From: Bacteroidota bacterium
Lineage (GTDB): Bacteria; Bacteroidota; Rhodothermia; Rhodothermales; JBCCMF01
NCBI GenBank assembly: GCA_038747545.1
Contig: JBCDJT010000008.1
Location: 416-64,415, forward strand
Length of the DNA stretch: 64,000 nt
Direction: 5' to 3'
Under the pieces are notes generated by a model. That model was not told where the DNA came from. It ran no database searches and was given only the letters and a program-made list of their open reading frames with translations. Each line of letters opens with the position of its first letter. Position 1 is the first letter of the stretch. The position numbers and the translations under genes are program-made. Shown one piece after another: positions 30,239 through 39,008 of the stretch.

Positions 30239-31303
30239 ATGACTCGTTTTATCCTTGTGCTGATCCTGTCGATCGGGCTCCTGACCGGATGCGACTCCGC
30301 CGTCAGCGCCCGCGTCGACGCAGACCGCTTCTTCTCACTCTACGGCGTGCTCAACCCCAAGGCCGACGTCCAGGGCGTCGTCGTCTTTCCTATCGAAGGC
30401 ACCCTGCGCGAGTTGCCCAACGAGCCGCTTGATGCCACCTTCACCTCGCGCAACGTGGACACGGGTCAGGAGCGGGTGTGGCGCGACTCGATCCGCGTCA
30501 CCGACGAAGGCGCGGTGCATGTGTTCTGGTCGCCGTTCGCGGTAGAGTATGGCGAGCGCTACACGCTGGATGTCACGCGGCCTGACGGCGAGCGCAGCAC
30601 GGTAGACCTGCTGGTGCCTCCTTTTGCTGAGTTGGAGCGTCAGCCGGAGCGGTTGGCCTTCCCGACGGGGCAGGACGTGCGTGTGACGGCGCCTGTTGAG
30701 CGGCTGAACCGAGTACAGGTCGAGTATACCATCTGGGCGAAGCAACCCTTCGAAGCCCTGCGCTTCCCTGTCATCCAAGAAGACTTCCCCCCCGACCCCA
30801 ACTTCCCGCGTCCTGAAGACGAGGAGCCTATCTGCGAGAATGTGGGTGGCGACACGGGCGGCGGTGACCCCGATGACCCCCGCGACTCGCCCGGTGACCT
30901 TCCCGACTGCAACGTACTGACCATCCAGAAAGCCTTTATCGTCTTCAACTACACCCCTGACGTTACTGCCGATGGCTCAGGCTGGACCATCCCCATCGAC
31001 TTCGCTTCAGACTTCGCCGACATCGGCCGGCTGTTACGGCGCCGAGGCCCCGTCGATTCGCAGTACGGGACGCGGTTGGAAAACATACGCTTGTCCATGA
31101 TTGCGGCCAACGCCGAGTGGGATGATCCCACAGGCAACTTTGACGCCGAGGTGCTGATTCAGCCTGGGCAGCTCTCGAATGTGGATCAAGGTTTCGGTTT
31201 CGTGGGCGCAGGGTACAAGCTCGAAGAGATCTGGCTGCCCAGCGAACAACTGCTGCAAGGCCTGGGGGTCCGCATCTTCACGGGCATCGACGACACCGAC
31301 TGA
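30239..31303 (+). CDS. DUF4249-like outer-membrane lipoprotein, paralog 1 (354 aa)
   Basis: Lipobox LTGC; YGERYTLDVT and C-terminal SNVDQGFGFVG; upstream of a TonB-dependent receptor. Confidence 0.75.
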   Translation: MTRFILVLILSIGLLTGCDSAVSARVDADRFFSLYGVLNPKADVQGVVVFPIEGTLRELPNEPLDATFTSRNVDTGQERVWRDSIRVTDEGAVHVFWSPFAVEYGERYTLDVTRPDGERSTVDLLVPPFAELERQPERLAFPTGQDVRVTAPVERLNRVQVEYTIWAKQPFEALRFPVIQEDFPPDPNFPRPEDEEPICENVGGDTGGGDPDDPRDSPGDLPDCNVLTIQKAFIVFNYTPDVTADGSGWTIPIDFASDFADIGRLLRRRGPVDSQYGTRLENIRLSMIAANAEWDDPTGNFDAEVLIQPGQLSNVDQGFGFVGAGYKLEEIWLPSEQLLQGLGVRIFTGIDDTD

Positions 31304-31465
31304 TTCTCGAACCATCTCACTGCATATTCTATCATCCCTCACTCCCCCTTGTCGCCCATGTTGGTTTGTGATACTCCGGCATAGCTCGTGGAGACGCATT
31401 CAGGTCAACGGCTTCGTGCGCGCGGAGCGGGCAGTGTCAAGGTCATATTTCCTCTTGCCGTCGGA

Positions 31466-32530
31466 ATGACTCGTTTTATCCTTGTGCTGATCCTGTCGAT
31501 CGGGCTCCTGACCGGATGCGACTCCGCCGTCAGCGCCCGCGTCGACGCAGACCGCTTCTTCTCACTCTACGGCGTGCTCAACCCAAAGGCCGATGTCCAG
31601 GGCGTCGTCGTCTTTCCCATCGAGGGCACCCTGCGCGAGTTGCCCAACGAGCCGCTTGATGCCACCTTCACCTCGCGCAACATGGACACGGGCCAGGAGC
31701 GGGTGTGGCAGGACTCGATCCGCGTCACCGACGAAGGGGCGGTGCATGTGTTCTGGTCGCCGTTTGCGGTAGAGTATGGCGAGCGCTACACGCTGGATGT
31801 CACGGGGCCTGACGGCGAGCGCAGCACAGTAGACCTGCTGGTGCCTCCTTTTGCTGAGCTGGAGCGTCAGCCGGAGCGGTTGGCCTTCCCGACGGGTCAG
31901 GATGTGCGTGTGACGGCGCCTGTTGAGCGGTTGAACCGAGTACAGGTCGAGTATACCATCTGGGCCAAGCAGCCCTTCGATGCCTTGCGTTTCCCCGTCA
32001 TCAGCAACGACCGGCCGCCCGACCCGAACATTCCGCCTTCGGAAGACGAAGATCCCATCTGTGAGAACGTGGGTAGCGACACGGGCGGCGGCGACCCTGA
32101 CAACCCCCGTGACACGCCCGGTGACCTCCCCGATTGCGAAGTGCTTACCATCCAGAAGGCGTTTGTCGTGTTCAACTACACGCCGTTGGCCACGGCCGAT
32201 GGTACGGGCTGGACCATCCCCATCGACTTTACATCAGACTTCGCCGACATCGGACGGCTGCTGCGGCGGCGGGGCCGGCTGGACGTGGAGTACGGTACCC
32301 GGTTAGAGAACATTCAGCTCTCCCTGATCGCGGCCAACGCCGAGTGGGACGACCCCACGGACAACTTCGACCCTGAGATTCTGATTCAGCCTGGGCAGCT
32401 CTCGAATGTGGATCAGGGTTTCGGTTTCGTGGGCGCAGGGTACAAGCTCGAAGAGATCTGGCTGCCCAGCGAACAGCTGTTGCAAAGTCTCGGCATCCGC
32501 GTCTTCACGGGCATCGACGAAGACGACTGA
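31466..32530 (+). CDS. DUF4249-like outer-membrane lipoprotein, paralog 2 (354 aa)
   Basis: Same length and motifs as paralog 1, offset 1227 bp. Confidence 0.75.
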   Translation: MTRFILVLILSIGLLTGCDSAVSARVDADRFFSLYGVLNPKADVQGVVVFPIEGTLRELPNEPLDATFTSRNMDTGQERVWQDSIRVTDEGAVHVFWSPFAVEYGERYTLDVTGPDGERSTVDLLVPPFAELERQPERLAFPTGQDVRVTAPVERLNRVQVEYTIWAKQPFDALRFPVISNDRPPDPNIPPSEDEDPICENVGSDTGGGDPDNPRDTPGDLPDCEVLTIQKAFVVFNYTPLATADGTGWTIPIDFTSDFADIGRLLRRRGRLDVEYGTRLENIQLSLIAANAEWDDPTDNFDPEILIQPGQLSNVDQGFGFVGAGYKLEEIWLPSEQLLQSLGIRVFTGIDEDD

Positions 32531-32584
32531 CCGATAGCTTAACGCCTCGCGCCATCACCCTCCCCTGCTCCCTAGCTCTACCCG

Positions 32585-34876
32585 TTGTTCATGTTGATTC
32601 GCTTCTTTGCCTGCTTGCTCTTCGTCCTCAGCTGCGTTGGCTTTACTGCCGACTTATATGGTCAGTCAGCATCGGTGCGCGGCTTTGTGACCGATGACGA
32701 TACGGGCGAACCGATGGAGTTGGTAGCCGTCACCCTGCGCGATGCGGAAGGCGAAACGCGGGGCGCCGTCACGACAGCCGAAGGGTTCTACGTCATCACG
32801 GGTATTCCAACCGGGCGCTACGCGCTGCGCGCCTCGTTCCTGGGCTACGCCGCCTACACCGACACGCTCGATGTGATCGGTGGCGAGGTCTACACCGTCA
32901 ATGTGGTGTTGAGCACCGCAGGCGGTGAGCTTGAGGAGGTGCTTGTGGAGTCTGAGCGCTCAACGGGCTCGGCGCGCATCACGGCCGGGCAACAGATCAT
33001 TCGCCCTGCCGACATCGAACGCGTTCCCACGCTGGATGCCGCGGGTGACTTGGCGATGTTGCTCACGTCGCTCCCCGGCATCGTCTCCACGGGCGACCGG
33101 GGCGGGCAGTTCTTTGTGCGCGGTGGGGAGCCCACCCACAACCTCGTCCAGATCGACGGCATGATGCTCTATCAGCCGTTCCATATTCTAGGTTTCTACT
33201 CCACCTTTCCGGCGGATATCATCAGCCAGACGAACGTCTACGCGGGCGGCTTCGGCAGCGGCTTTGGCGAGCGCATCTCGTCTGTCATCGACGTCACCAC
33301 ACGCAGCGGCAACAACCGGCGGTTCACGGGGTCCGGGTCGATTTCGCCGTTCATTGCTGGCCTCCAGGTAGAAGGCCCCATCATCCCCAACAAAGCCAGC
33401 CTGCTGGTTTCCGTACGCGAGTCGCGTGTGGAAGACGTGGCTGCGCCTATGATTAACGACGACCTGCCGTATGTGTTTGGCGACGCGTTTGGCAAGCTGA
33501 GCATCACCCCGGCTCCCAACCAGCGGCTTTCGGTCACGGCGCTGCGCACGCATGACCGCGGCTCTTTGCTTGAGGACGTAGGCAGCGCGCTGGAACCCGA
33601 AGAGTTGCGCTGGAACAACGAAGCGGTCGGCGGGCGCTACCTGATCCTCCCGCGCGAATTCCCCGTCTCCTTCCGCGCCAACGCTGCTTACTCTCGCCTC
33701 ACATCGTCCATCGGGCCTCCCGAGGAGCCGAACCGCACGACCGAGATCCAGAACTTCAACGCGCAGATCGACATTACCTTTTTTGGACCAGCCGGAGCTT
33801 GGAATGCCGGGACGTCGATTCGGCTGATCGAGTTGGAGAGCAACCTGGGGGGCACCTTCCAGAACTTGGAGAACCGCAGCGAAGCCCCGCTGCACTGGGG
33901 CATGTATCTCGAGCCCGAATTCGAGGCTGGCGACCTCAAGATCCGCCCCGGCCTGCGTGCCCAGATCTTCGACGTCCAGTTTGAGCCCTTCTGGGAGCCG
34001 CGCCTGCGCCTGATTTGGACGCGCCCGAAGTCGGAGTGGAGCGCTGCTGCTGGCCTGTACCAGCAGGCGATCATCGGGCTCTACGACCGCCGTGACGCCG
34101 CGAGTGTGTTTACGGCCTACTCCAGCGCGATCCGCCCCACCAACCGCCTTGAAGATATCAGCGAGGGCCGCGTGCAGCGCGCCTGGCATGGCCTGCTCGG
34201 GTATCGCGCTAACCCCACGCCGTGGCTCGAGGTCTCCGCCGAGGGCTACGCCAAGCTCATCAACAACCTCTTCATCAGCGAGTGGACCGCGTACCCACGC
34301 TTCACGACTAACCTCCAGCCTGCAGAAGGCCGGTCGTTCGGGTTTGACCTGCGGGCAGAGGTGCGGCGCCCCAGCTATTACTTCTCGGCCACGTATGGGT
34401 ACTCCAACACCGAGTACCAAGCCAAGCAGGCCGAGCTAGAGCTGTGGTACGGCACCGAGACGCTGGCCTTTCGCCCACCGCACGACCGCCGCCACCAGGT
34501 TAACCTGCTCGCCTCAACGACCCTCGCGGGCATCGACGTCAGCGCACGATGGGAGTTTGGCTCGGGCCTGCCGTTCAGTCGCGTCGTCGGGTTTGACGGC
34601 TTCGCGCTCATCGACGACATCGTGGATCCGTTCAACCTCCCCACCGAGCGGCGTGTGATCTACGAGCGTCCGTTTTCCGGCCTCCTGCCCGCGTACCACC
34701 GCCTAGACCTCTCGGGAAATTACACGGTGGAGTTGCCGGGGGCGGCGCTCACCATTAGCGGGAGCCTCATCAACGTGTACAACCGCGCCAACTTGTTTTA
34801 CCTCGACGTCTTCACGCTGCGACGCGTTGACCAGCTGCCGTTTGTACCGTCGCTGGGCGTGAAGATCACGGTATGA
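32585..34876 (+). CDS. TonB-dependent receptor with N-terminal carboxypeptidase-regulatory-like domain
   Basis: Signal peptide, VRGFVTD..TGEP, plug motif FVRGGEPTHNLVQIDG, YHRLDLS, INVYNRAN. Confidence 0.9.
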   Translation: MFMLIRFFACLLFVLSCVGFTADLYGQSASVRGFVTDDDTGEPMELVAVTLRDAEGETRGAVTTAEGFYVITGIPTGRYALRASFLGYAAYTDTLDVIGGEVYTVNVVLSTAGGELEEVLVESERSTGSARITAGQQIIRPADIERVPTLDAAGDLAMLLTSLPGIVSTGDRGGQFFVRGGEPTHNLVQIDGMMLYQPFHILGFYSTFPADIISQTNVYAGGFGSGFGERISSVIDVTTRSGNNRRFTGSGSISPFIAGLQVEGPIIPNKASLLVSVRESRVEDVAAPMINDDLPYVFGDAFGKLSITPAPNQRLSVTALRTHDRGSLLEDVGSALEPEELRWNNEAVGGRYLILPREFPVSFRANAAYSRLTSSIGPPEEPNRTTEIQNFNAQIDITFFGPAGAWNAGTSIRLIELESNLGGTFQNLENRSEAPLHWGMYLEPEFEAGDLKIRPGLRAQIFDVQFEPFWEPRLRLIWTRPKSEWSAAAGLYQQAIIGLYDRRDAASVFTAYSSAIRPTNRLEDISEGRVQRAWHGLLGYRANPTPWLEVSAEGYAKLINNLFISEWTAYPRFTTNLQPAEGRSFGFDLRAEVRRPSYYFSATYGYSNTEYQAKQAELELWYGTETLAFRPPHDRRHQVNLLASTTLAGIDVSARWEFGSGLPFSRVVGFDGFALIDDIVDPFNLPTERRVIYERPFSGLLPAYHRLDLSGNYTVELPGAALTISGSLINVYNRANLFYLDVFTLRRVDQLPFVPSLGVKITV

Positions 34877-35203
34877 TTACGCCGTTGCCTCTGCCGTGTC
34901 CGCGTTGGGCGCGGGGCGCCACAGGATGGCATAGATGATCTCAAGGTAGCCCCCTAGGATGATCAGCGGGGCGGTGTAGAGCGACACCAAGCTCTCCACC
35001 TGATTGTCGAGCCGCATAATCACGTAGCCGAACGTCACCAGCGCTACGCCGAGCAGCATGAGCAGGTAGTTGCGCCGCTCGAAGACCATGCGGGCAGCAG
35101 CGGTGCGGCGGGCTGAGCGGGCGCGGCGCGGCGCGGCAGCCTCGGTCTTGGGCGCCGATGCCTTGGCGGCTCGTGCGGCGCGGCGCTTCTTCTTCGAGGG
35201 CAT
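34877..35203 (-). CDS. DUF3098 family small membrane protein
   Basis: Basic N-terminus, then FERRNYLLMLLG...GYVIM...APLIILGGY...YAIL. Confidence 0.75.
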   Translation of the reverse strand: MPSKKKRRAARAAKASAPKTEAAAPRRARSARRTAAARMVFERRNYLLMLLGVALVTFGYVIMRLDNQVESLVSLYTAPLIILGGYLEIIYAILWRPAPNADTAEATA

Positions 35204-35381
35204 GGATAGGTCAACGTCGGTGAATGATGGGCGTACGAACGGGGTGTACTCATCCGCTGTTCCGTATGAAGCCTGTGCCGGGCGAGCGACTTTTTCAGAC
35301 GCCAGGAATCATTCTTGTGCAGGCAGGAATACACGCTTTATCCCCACTGCGTAGTCATTCGCCCACGTCAATTGCTCTCCT

Positions 35382-36827
35382 ATGCACTATCGTGCCCTTC
35401 GCGCATTTTGGGGACTTCCTGCGCTCATCTTCATGCTCACAGGCTTCACCCTAGCAGGTGATTCGTCCGCCCTCCTCTCCGACCAGATCGACCAGATCTT
35501 GTACGACGAGCGCGCCGACGCTGCGTTCTGGGGCATCCACGTTCAGGACTTGACGTCCGGGCGCGTCATGGTGGCGCGCAACGCCGACAAGTCGTTCTTG
35601 CCAGCCTCCAACCAGAAGCTGCTAACCTCTGCCGCCGCGCTCGACGCACTGGGGAGCGATTTTCGCTACGAGACACGCCTTCACCTGGCGGGGAGCATCG
35701 ATGAGGGCACGCTCACAGGGGATCTGATCATCGAAGGATCAGGCGACCCCTCTTTCGGCAGCCGCAACCACACCACCGACCCGCTGCACACCTGGGCGCT
35801 TGGCCTGAAGGCGCAGGGCGTCCATACGGTACGCGGGCGCTTGATTGGCGACGATGACGTGTTCGGCGATGCGCCCTATGCGGCGGGATGGGACCTGGAG
35901 CATATCGCCACTGCCTCGTTTGCTCCTGCCAGCAGTGGCCTCTCCTACCGCGACAACCTCGTCCATGTCGCCGTCAGTGCTGGCGCTCCAGGACAACCGC
36001 CACGCGCAGAGGCCGAGCCAGAGGGCTACCTCGATATTCGCAACCGCGCCACTACGTTATCCCGACGGCGAGGCCGAGCACTCGAGATCGAACGGCCTGT
36101 GGGGGGCGAGCTGGTCCGCCTTGAAGGCCGCGTGGGTCGGTCTTACCGGCGCACCTTGCGCTTGCCTGTGGCCAACCCGACCGCGTTCACGGTGTTTGCG
36201 TTTGCGGAGCACCTCAAGGCCGTCGGGATCACGGTCGAAGCCGAGCAGGCCGATGTAGATGCACTCCCCACACCGCTCTCGTACGCCAACACCAGGGTGC
36301 TCTTCACCCATGTATCGCCCCCGCTCGCTGACCTGTTGGCCGAGATCAACAAGACGAGTAATAACCTCTACGCTGAACAGCTCTTCCGTACGTTTGGCTG
36401 GGGCGGCACAACGCGGGGCGCGGCGACGCGGGTAGAGGAGTTCATCGCAGGCAAGTCCATCGATGCTGCCGGACTCTCGGTACGTGACGGCTCGGGCCTC
36501 TCCCGAAAAGACCTTACTTCGCCACGCACACTGGCCGGCATTCTCCAGACGATGCACACCCATCCAGAACGCGAAGTCTACCTGGGATCGCTGGCACAAG
36601 GTGGCGAACCAGAGACCACCCTAGCATACCGGCTGGCCGACCTCCCTGTGCAGGCCAAAACCGGTTCACTGCAGCATGTACGCGCGCTCAGCGGGTACAC
36701 AACGACCCGAGATGGGCGTACCTTGAGCTTCGTCCTCCTAGCCAACCACTACACGGTGCCGTCGTACCGAATCGTTCAGGCTATGGACGCCATCGTCGAG
36801 CTTATCAGCACACGCACATCGGGCTAG
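35382..36827 (+). CDS. dacB: D-alanyl-D-alanine carboxypeptidase/endopeptidase (PBP4, peptidase S13)
   Basis: PASNQK (SxxK), GSGDPS, SNN (SxN), DGSGLSR, KTG. Confidence 0.93.
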   Translation: MHYRALRAFWGLPALIFMLTGFTLAGDSSALLSDQIDQILYDERADAAFWGIHVQDLTSGRVMVARNADKSFLPASNQKLLTSAAALDALGSDFRYETRLHLAGSIDEGTLTGDLIIEGSGDPSFGSRNHTTDPLHTWALGLKAQGVHTVRGRLIGDDDVFGDAPYAAGWDLEHIATASFAPASSGLSYRDNLVHVAVSAGAPGQPPRAEAEPEGYLDIRNRATTLSRRRGRALEIERPVGGELVRLEGRVGRSYRRTLRLPVANPTAFTVFAFAEHLKAVGITVEAEQADVDALPTPLSYANTRVLFTHVSPPLADLLAEINKTSNNLYAEQLFRTFGWGGTTRGAATRVEEFIAGKSIDAAGLSVRDGSGLSRKDLTSPRTLAGILQTMHTHPEREVYLGSLAQGGEPETTLAYRLADLPVQAKTGSLQHVRALSGYTTTRDGRTLSFVLLANHYTVPSYRIVQAMDAIVELISTRTSG

Positions 36828-36831
36828 CCGC

Positions 36832-37335
36832 ATGGCCCAATCCTTACCGCGCTTTATCTTCGCCTCTCCAGACTTCGTTCGGTACCTCACCGCCGGACTA
36901 GGCGTGTTCCTACTGCAGTGGCTGATCTTGGGGCGGCTCCAAATATTCGGCGCCTTTCCCGACGTGCTGATTCTGTTTGTGAGTTGGGTAGCCTTGCAGC
37001 AGGGACGCTTTGGCGGAACGCTTGCCGGGTTCTTTGCAGGCTTCTGCCTGGACATGGTCTATGAGACCTATGGCATCTACATGTTTGCCAAGACGTTGCT
37101 CGGCTTCTTGGTAGGCATCGCGGCCACCTCCGAACGCGAAGCTGTACTCATTCAACCCAGCCAAGCGTTCATCTCTGGCTTGATGGTGGCGTTGCTGCAC
37201 AACGGGCTGACCGTAGCCCTCTTCGCGGTCCAGTCCAGCGGCAACCCTATGTATTTGGGGCTGGTGTTATGGGTGGGCAGCGCACTGTACACGGCATTCC
37301 TTGGTCTGCTGGCCGCCCTTTTTGTGGCTCGCTGA
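36832..37335 (+). CDS. mreD: Rod shape-determining protein MreD
   Basis: Hydrophobic 167 aa with PDVLIL, G...GFFAGFCLD, G...FAKTLLGFLVG pattern. Confidence 0.75.
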   Translation: MAQSLPRFIFASPDFVRYLTAGLGVFLLQWLILGRLQIFGAFPDVLILFVSWVALQQGRFGGTLAGFFAGFCLDMVYETYGIYMFAKTLLGFLVGIAATSEREAVLIQPSQAFISGLMVALLHNGLTVALFAVQSSGNPMYLGLVLWVGSALYTAFLGLLAALFVAR

Positions 37336-37420
37336 GCCCTTAGATTCACGATTTTCAAGCGGACCTCTTTTCGATTCAGGCGTTGTGCTGCATCATACCC
37401 GTACCTATTCCGCTGCCGTG

Positions 37421-37804
37421 ATGTCCGCTCGTACGTTGTTCTCCATCTCTGCTGTGCTGGCGGGTCTTGGCGTAGCGCTGGGTGCCTTCGGCGCGCACGG
37501 CCTCGATGACGTCACGCCCAGACGGCTCGACACGTGGAAGACCGCTGCGCTCTACCACATGCTGCACGTGCTGGCACTGCTGATTGTGGCCTTGGCGCTG
37601 CGGGCAGGGTGGGATGCTCGGCTCCGCTGGGCAGCGTACAGCTTCCTCGTCGGCGTCGTTGTGTTTAGCGGGAGCCTCTACGTGCTCGTCCTCACCGACA
37701 CCCCGTGGCTTGGCGCCATCACGCCGATCGGCGGCACCTTCTTTATGATCGGCTGGGGCTTTGCAGCGCTGTTCGGATGGAAGACGCCACCGTCCTCCGG
37801 CTAG
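37421..37804 (+). CDS. DUF423 (YgdD/TMEM256) membrane protein
   Basis: GAFGAHGL, TAALYHMLH, FSGSLY, LGAITPIGG; start MSART at 37421. Confidence 0.92.
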   Translation: MSARTLFSISAVLAGLGVALGAFGAHGLDDVTPRRLDTWKTAALYHMLHVLALLIVALALRAGWDARLRWAAYSFLVGVVVFSGSLYVLVLTDTPWLGAITPIGGTFFMIGWGFAALFGWKTPPSSG

Positions 37805-38139
37805 GCCTCGTCGTCATCGAAAAGCAGGGTGATGCTCGGCGTCAGCTGCTCGGCCTCGGCCAGACGGAGTAGCTCAGCGGCGGCCTCAGCGGGTGCGTCG
37901 TACGTGCCGTGCTCATCGCTGTCAACGGCGAGCGCATACCCTATGGCATCGTCGTCCTCGTCGTACTCCTCCCACTCTGAACCCACCTCGATCACGTATT
38001 TCCCTTCTTCCGGGATATACGCAGCGATGTAGCGCTCCTGCGAAGCGTCCGTGTCGATCAAGCTGAGGTTGCCAACGGCGCCATACTCCTCATCGTAGAA
38101 CAGGCTTTCGGCGATGAGCTTGAGGGCAAAGTCACGCAT
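37801..38139 (-). CDS. Highly acidic hypothetical protein
   Basis: GGAGA upstream of ATG 38139; 112 aa rich in D/E; codon usage like neighbouring genes. Confidence 0.7.
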   Translation of the reverse strand: MRDFALKLIAESLFYDEEYGAVGNLSLIDTDASQERYIAAYIPEEGKYVIEVGSEWEEYDEDDDAIGYALAVDSDEHGTYDAPAEAAAELLRLAEAEQLTPSITLLFDDDEA

Positions 38140-38217
38140 GATGGTCTCCGATCGGATGGGCAAAGCGAACACATGGTACACCCCATGCCACCCGTGTGCG
38201 TTCCCAGTGCCTCGCGT

Positions 38218-38967
38218 TCAAGTAGGCACGTTGGTATACGTGGCAAGCGCCGTGCGCTCGTCATGGACGAGGCGAGCGCCAAAGACTTCGGCGAGATGAT
38301 GAGCGATGCGCGCTCGGGCCTGTTGCTCGTCGATGGGATGCCCAACTTCGGCAGCGAGAGAGGTGACGCCTCGGTCGCTGATTCCACACGGCACGATATA
38401 CTCGAAGTAGTCGAGGTCGGTGTTGATGTTGAACGCGAAGCCGTGCATGGTGACCCAGCGGCTGCAGCGGATGCCTATAGCACAGATCTTACGCTCATCG
38501 CCCCGCGCATCCGGCCCTACCCAGACGCCCGTCCGCCCCGCCACGCGGTCCGCCTGTACCGCGTACTCCGCACAGGTTCGGATGACCGCGTCCTCTAGGC
38601 AGCGGATGTAGCGGTGGATGTCGTTGAAGAACCGGTCGAGGTCGAGCAGTGGGTAGCCAACCAGCTGGCCAGGGCCGTGGTAGGTGATATCGCCGCCCCG
38701 GTCGATGGGCACGTACTGTGCGCCCCGTGCTGCGAGCTCCTGCTCGGAAAGCAGCAGGTTGGACGCGTCCCCGCTCTTGCCGAGCGTGTAGACGTGCGGA
38801 TGCTCCACCATGAGCAACACGTGCGGTAACGCTTCGGGAGGAGACGCCCGCTTCGCCTGGATCAACCGCTGCTGGATCTGCCGCTGCAGTGCCCAGGTAG
38901 GTTCATAGGCAGAACGGCCAAGGTGGACCGCCACGATGGTTTCAGCTTGAACGGTATCTGTTGCCAA
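38218..38967 (-). CDS. lipB: Lipoyl(octanoyl) transferase
   Basis: [44 protein letters not shown]. Confidence 0.96.
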   Translation of the reverse strand: MATDTVQAETIVAVHLGRSAYEPTWALQRQIQQRLIQAKRASPPEALPHVLLMVEHPHVYTLGKSGDASNLLLSEQELAARGAQYVPIDRGGDITYHGPGQLVGYPLLDLDRFFNDIHRYIRCLEDAVIRTCAEYAVQADRVAGRTGVWVGPDARGDERKICAIGIRCSRWVTMHGFAFNINTDLDYFEYIVPCGISDRGVTSLAAEVGHPIDEQQARARIAHHLAEVFGARLVHDERTALATYTNVPT

Positions 38968-39008
38968 CCGGAGAACCCTAGGCGGCGTCTGGCACGCCGT
39001 GTGGGCGA

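Larger units (their letters stand above)
30239..32530 (+). repeat. Tandem gene duplication, two 1065-bp copies
   Basis: Near-identical nucleotide sequence over the 5' half and near the 3' end of both CDSs. Confidence 0.97.

Noticed and set aside
30239-32530. Duplicated lipoproteins as template/variable repeats of a diversity-generating retroelement
   Set aside because: Differences are not adenine-specific, both copies are intact full genes, and no reverse transcriptase is present.
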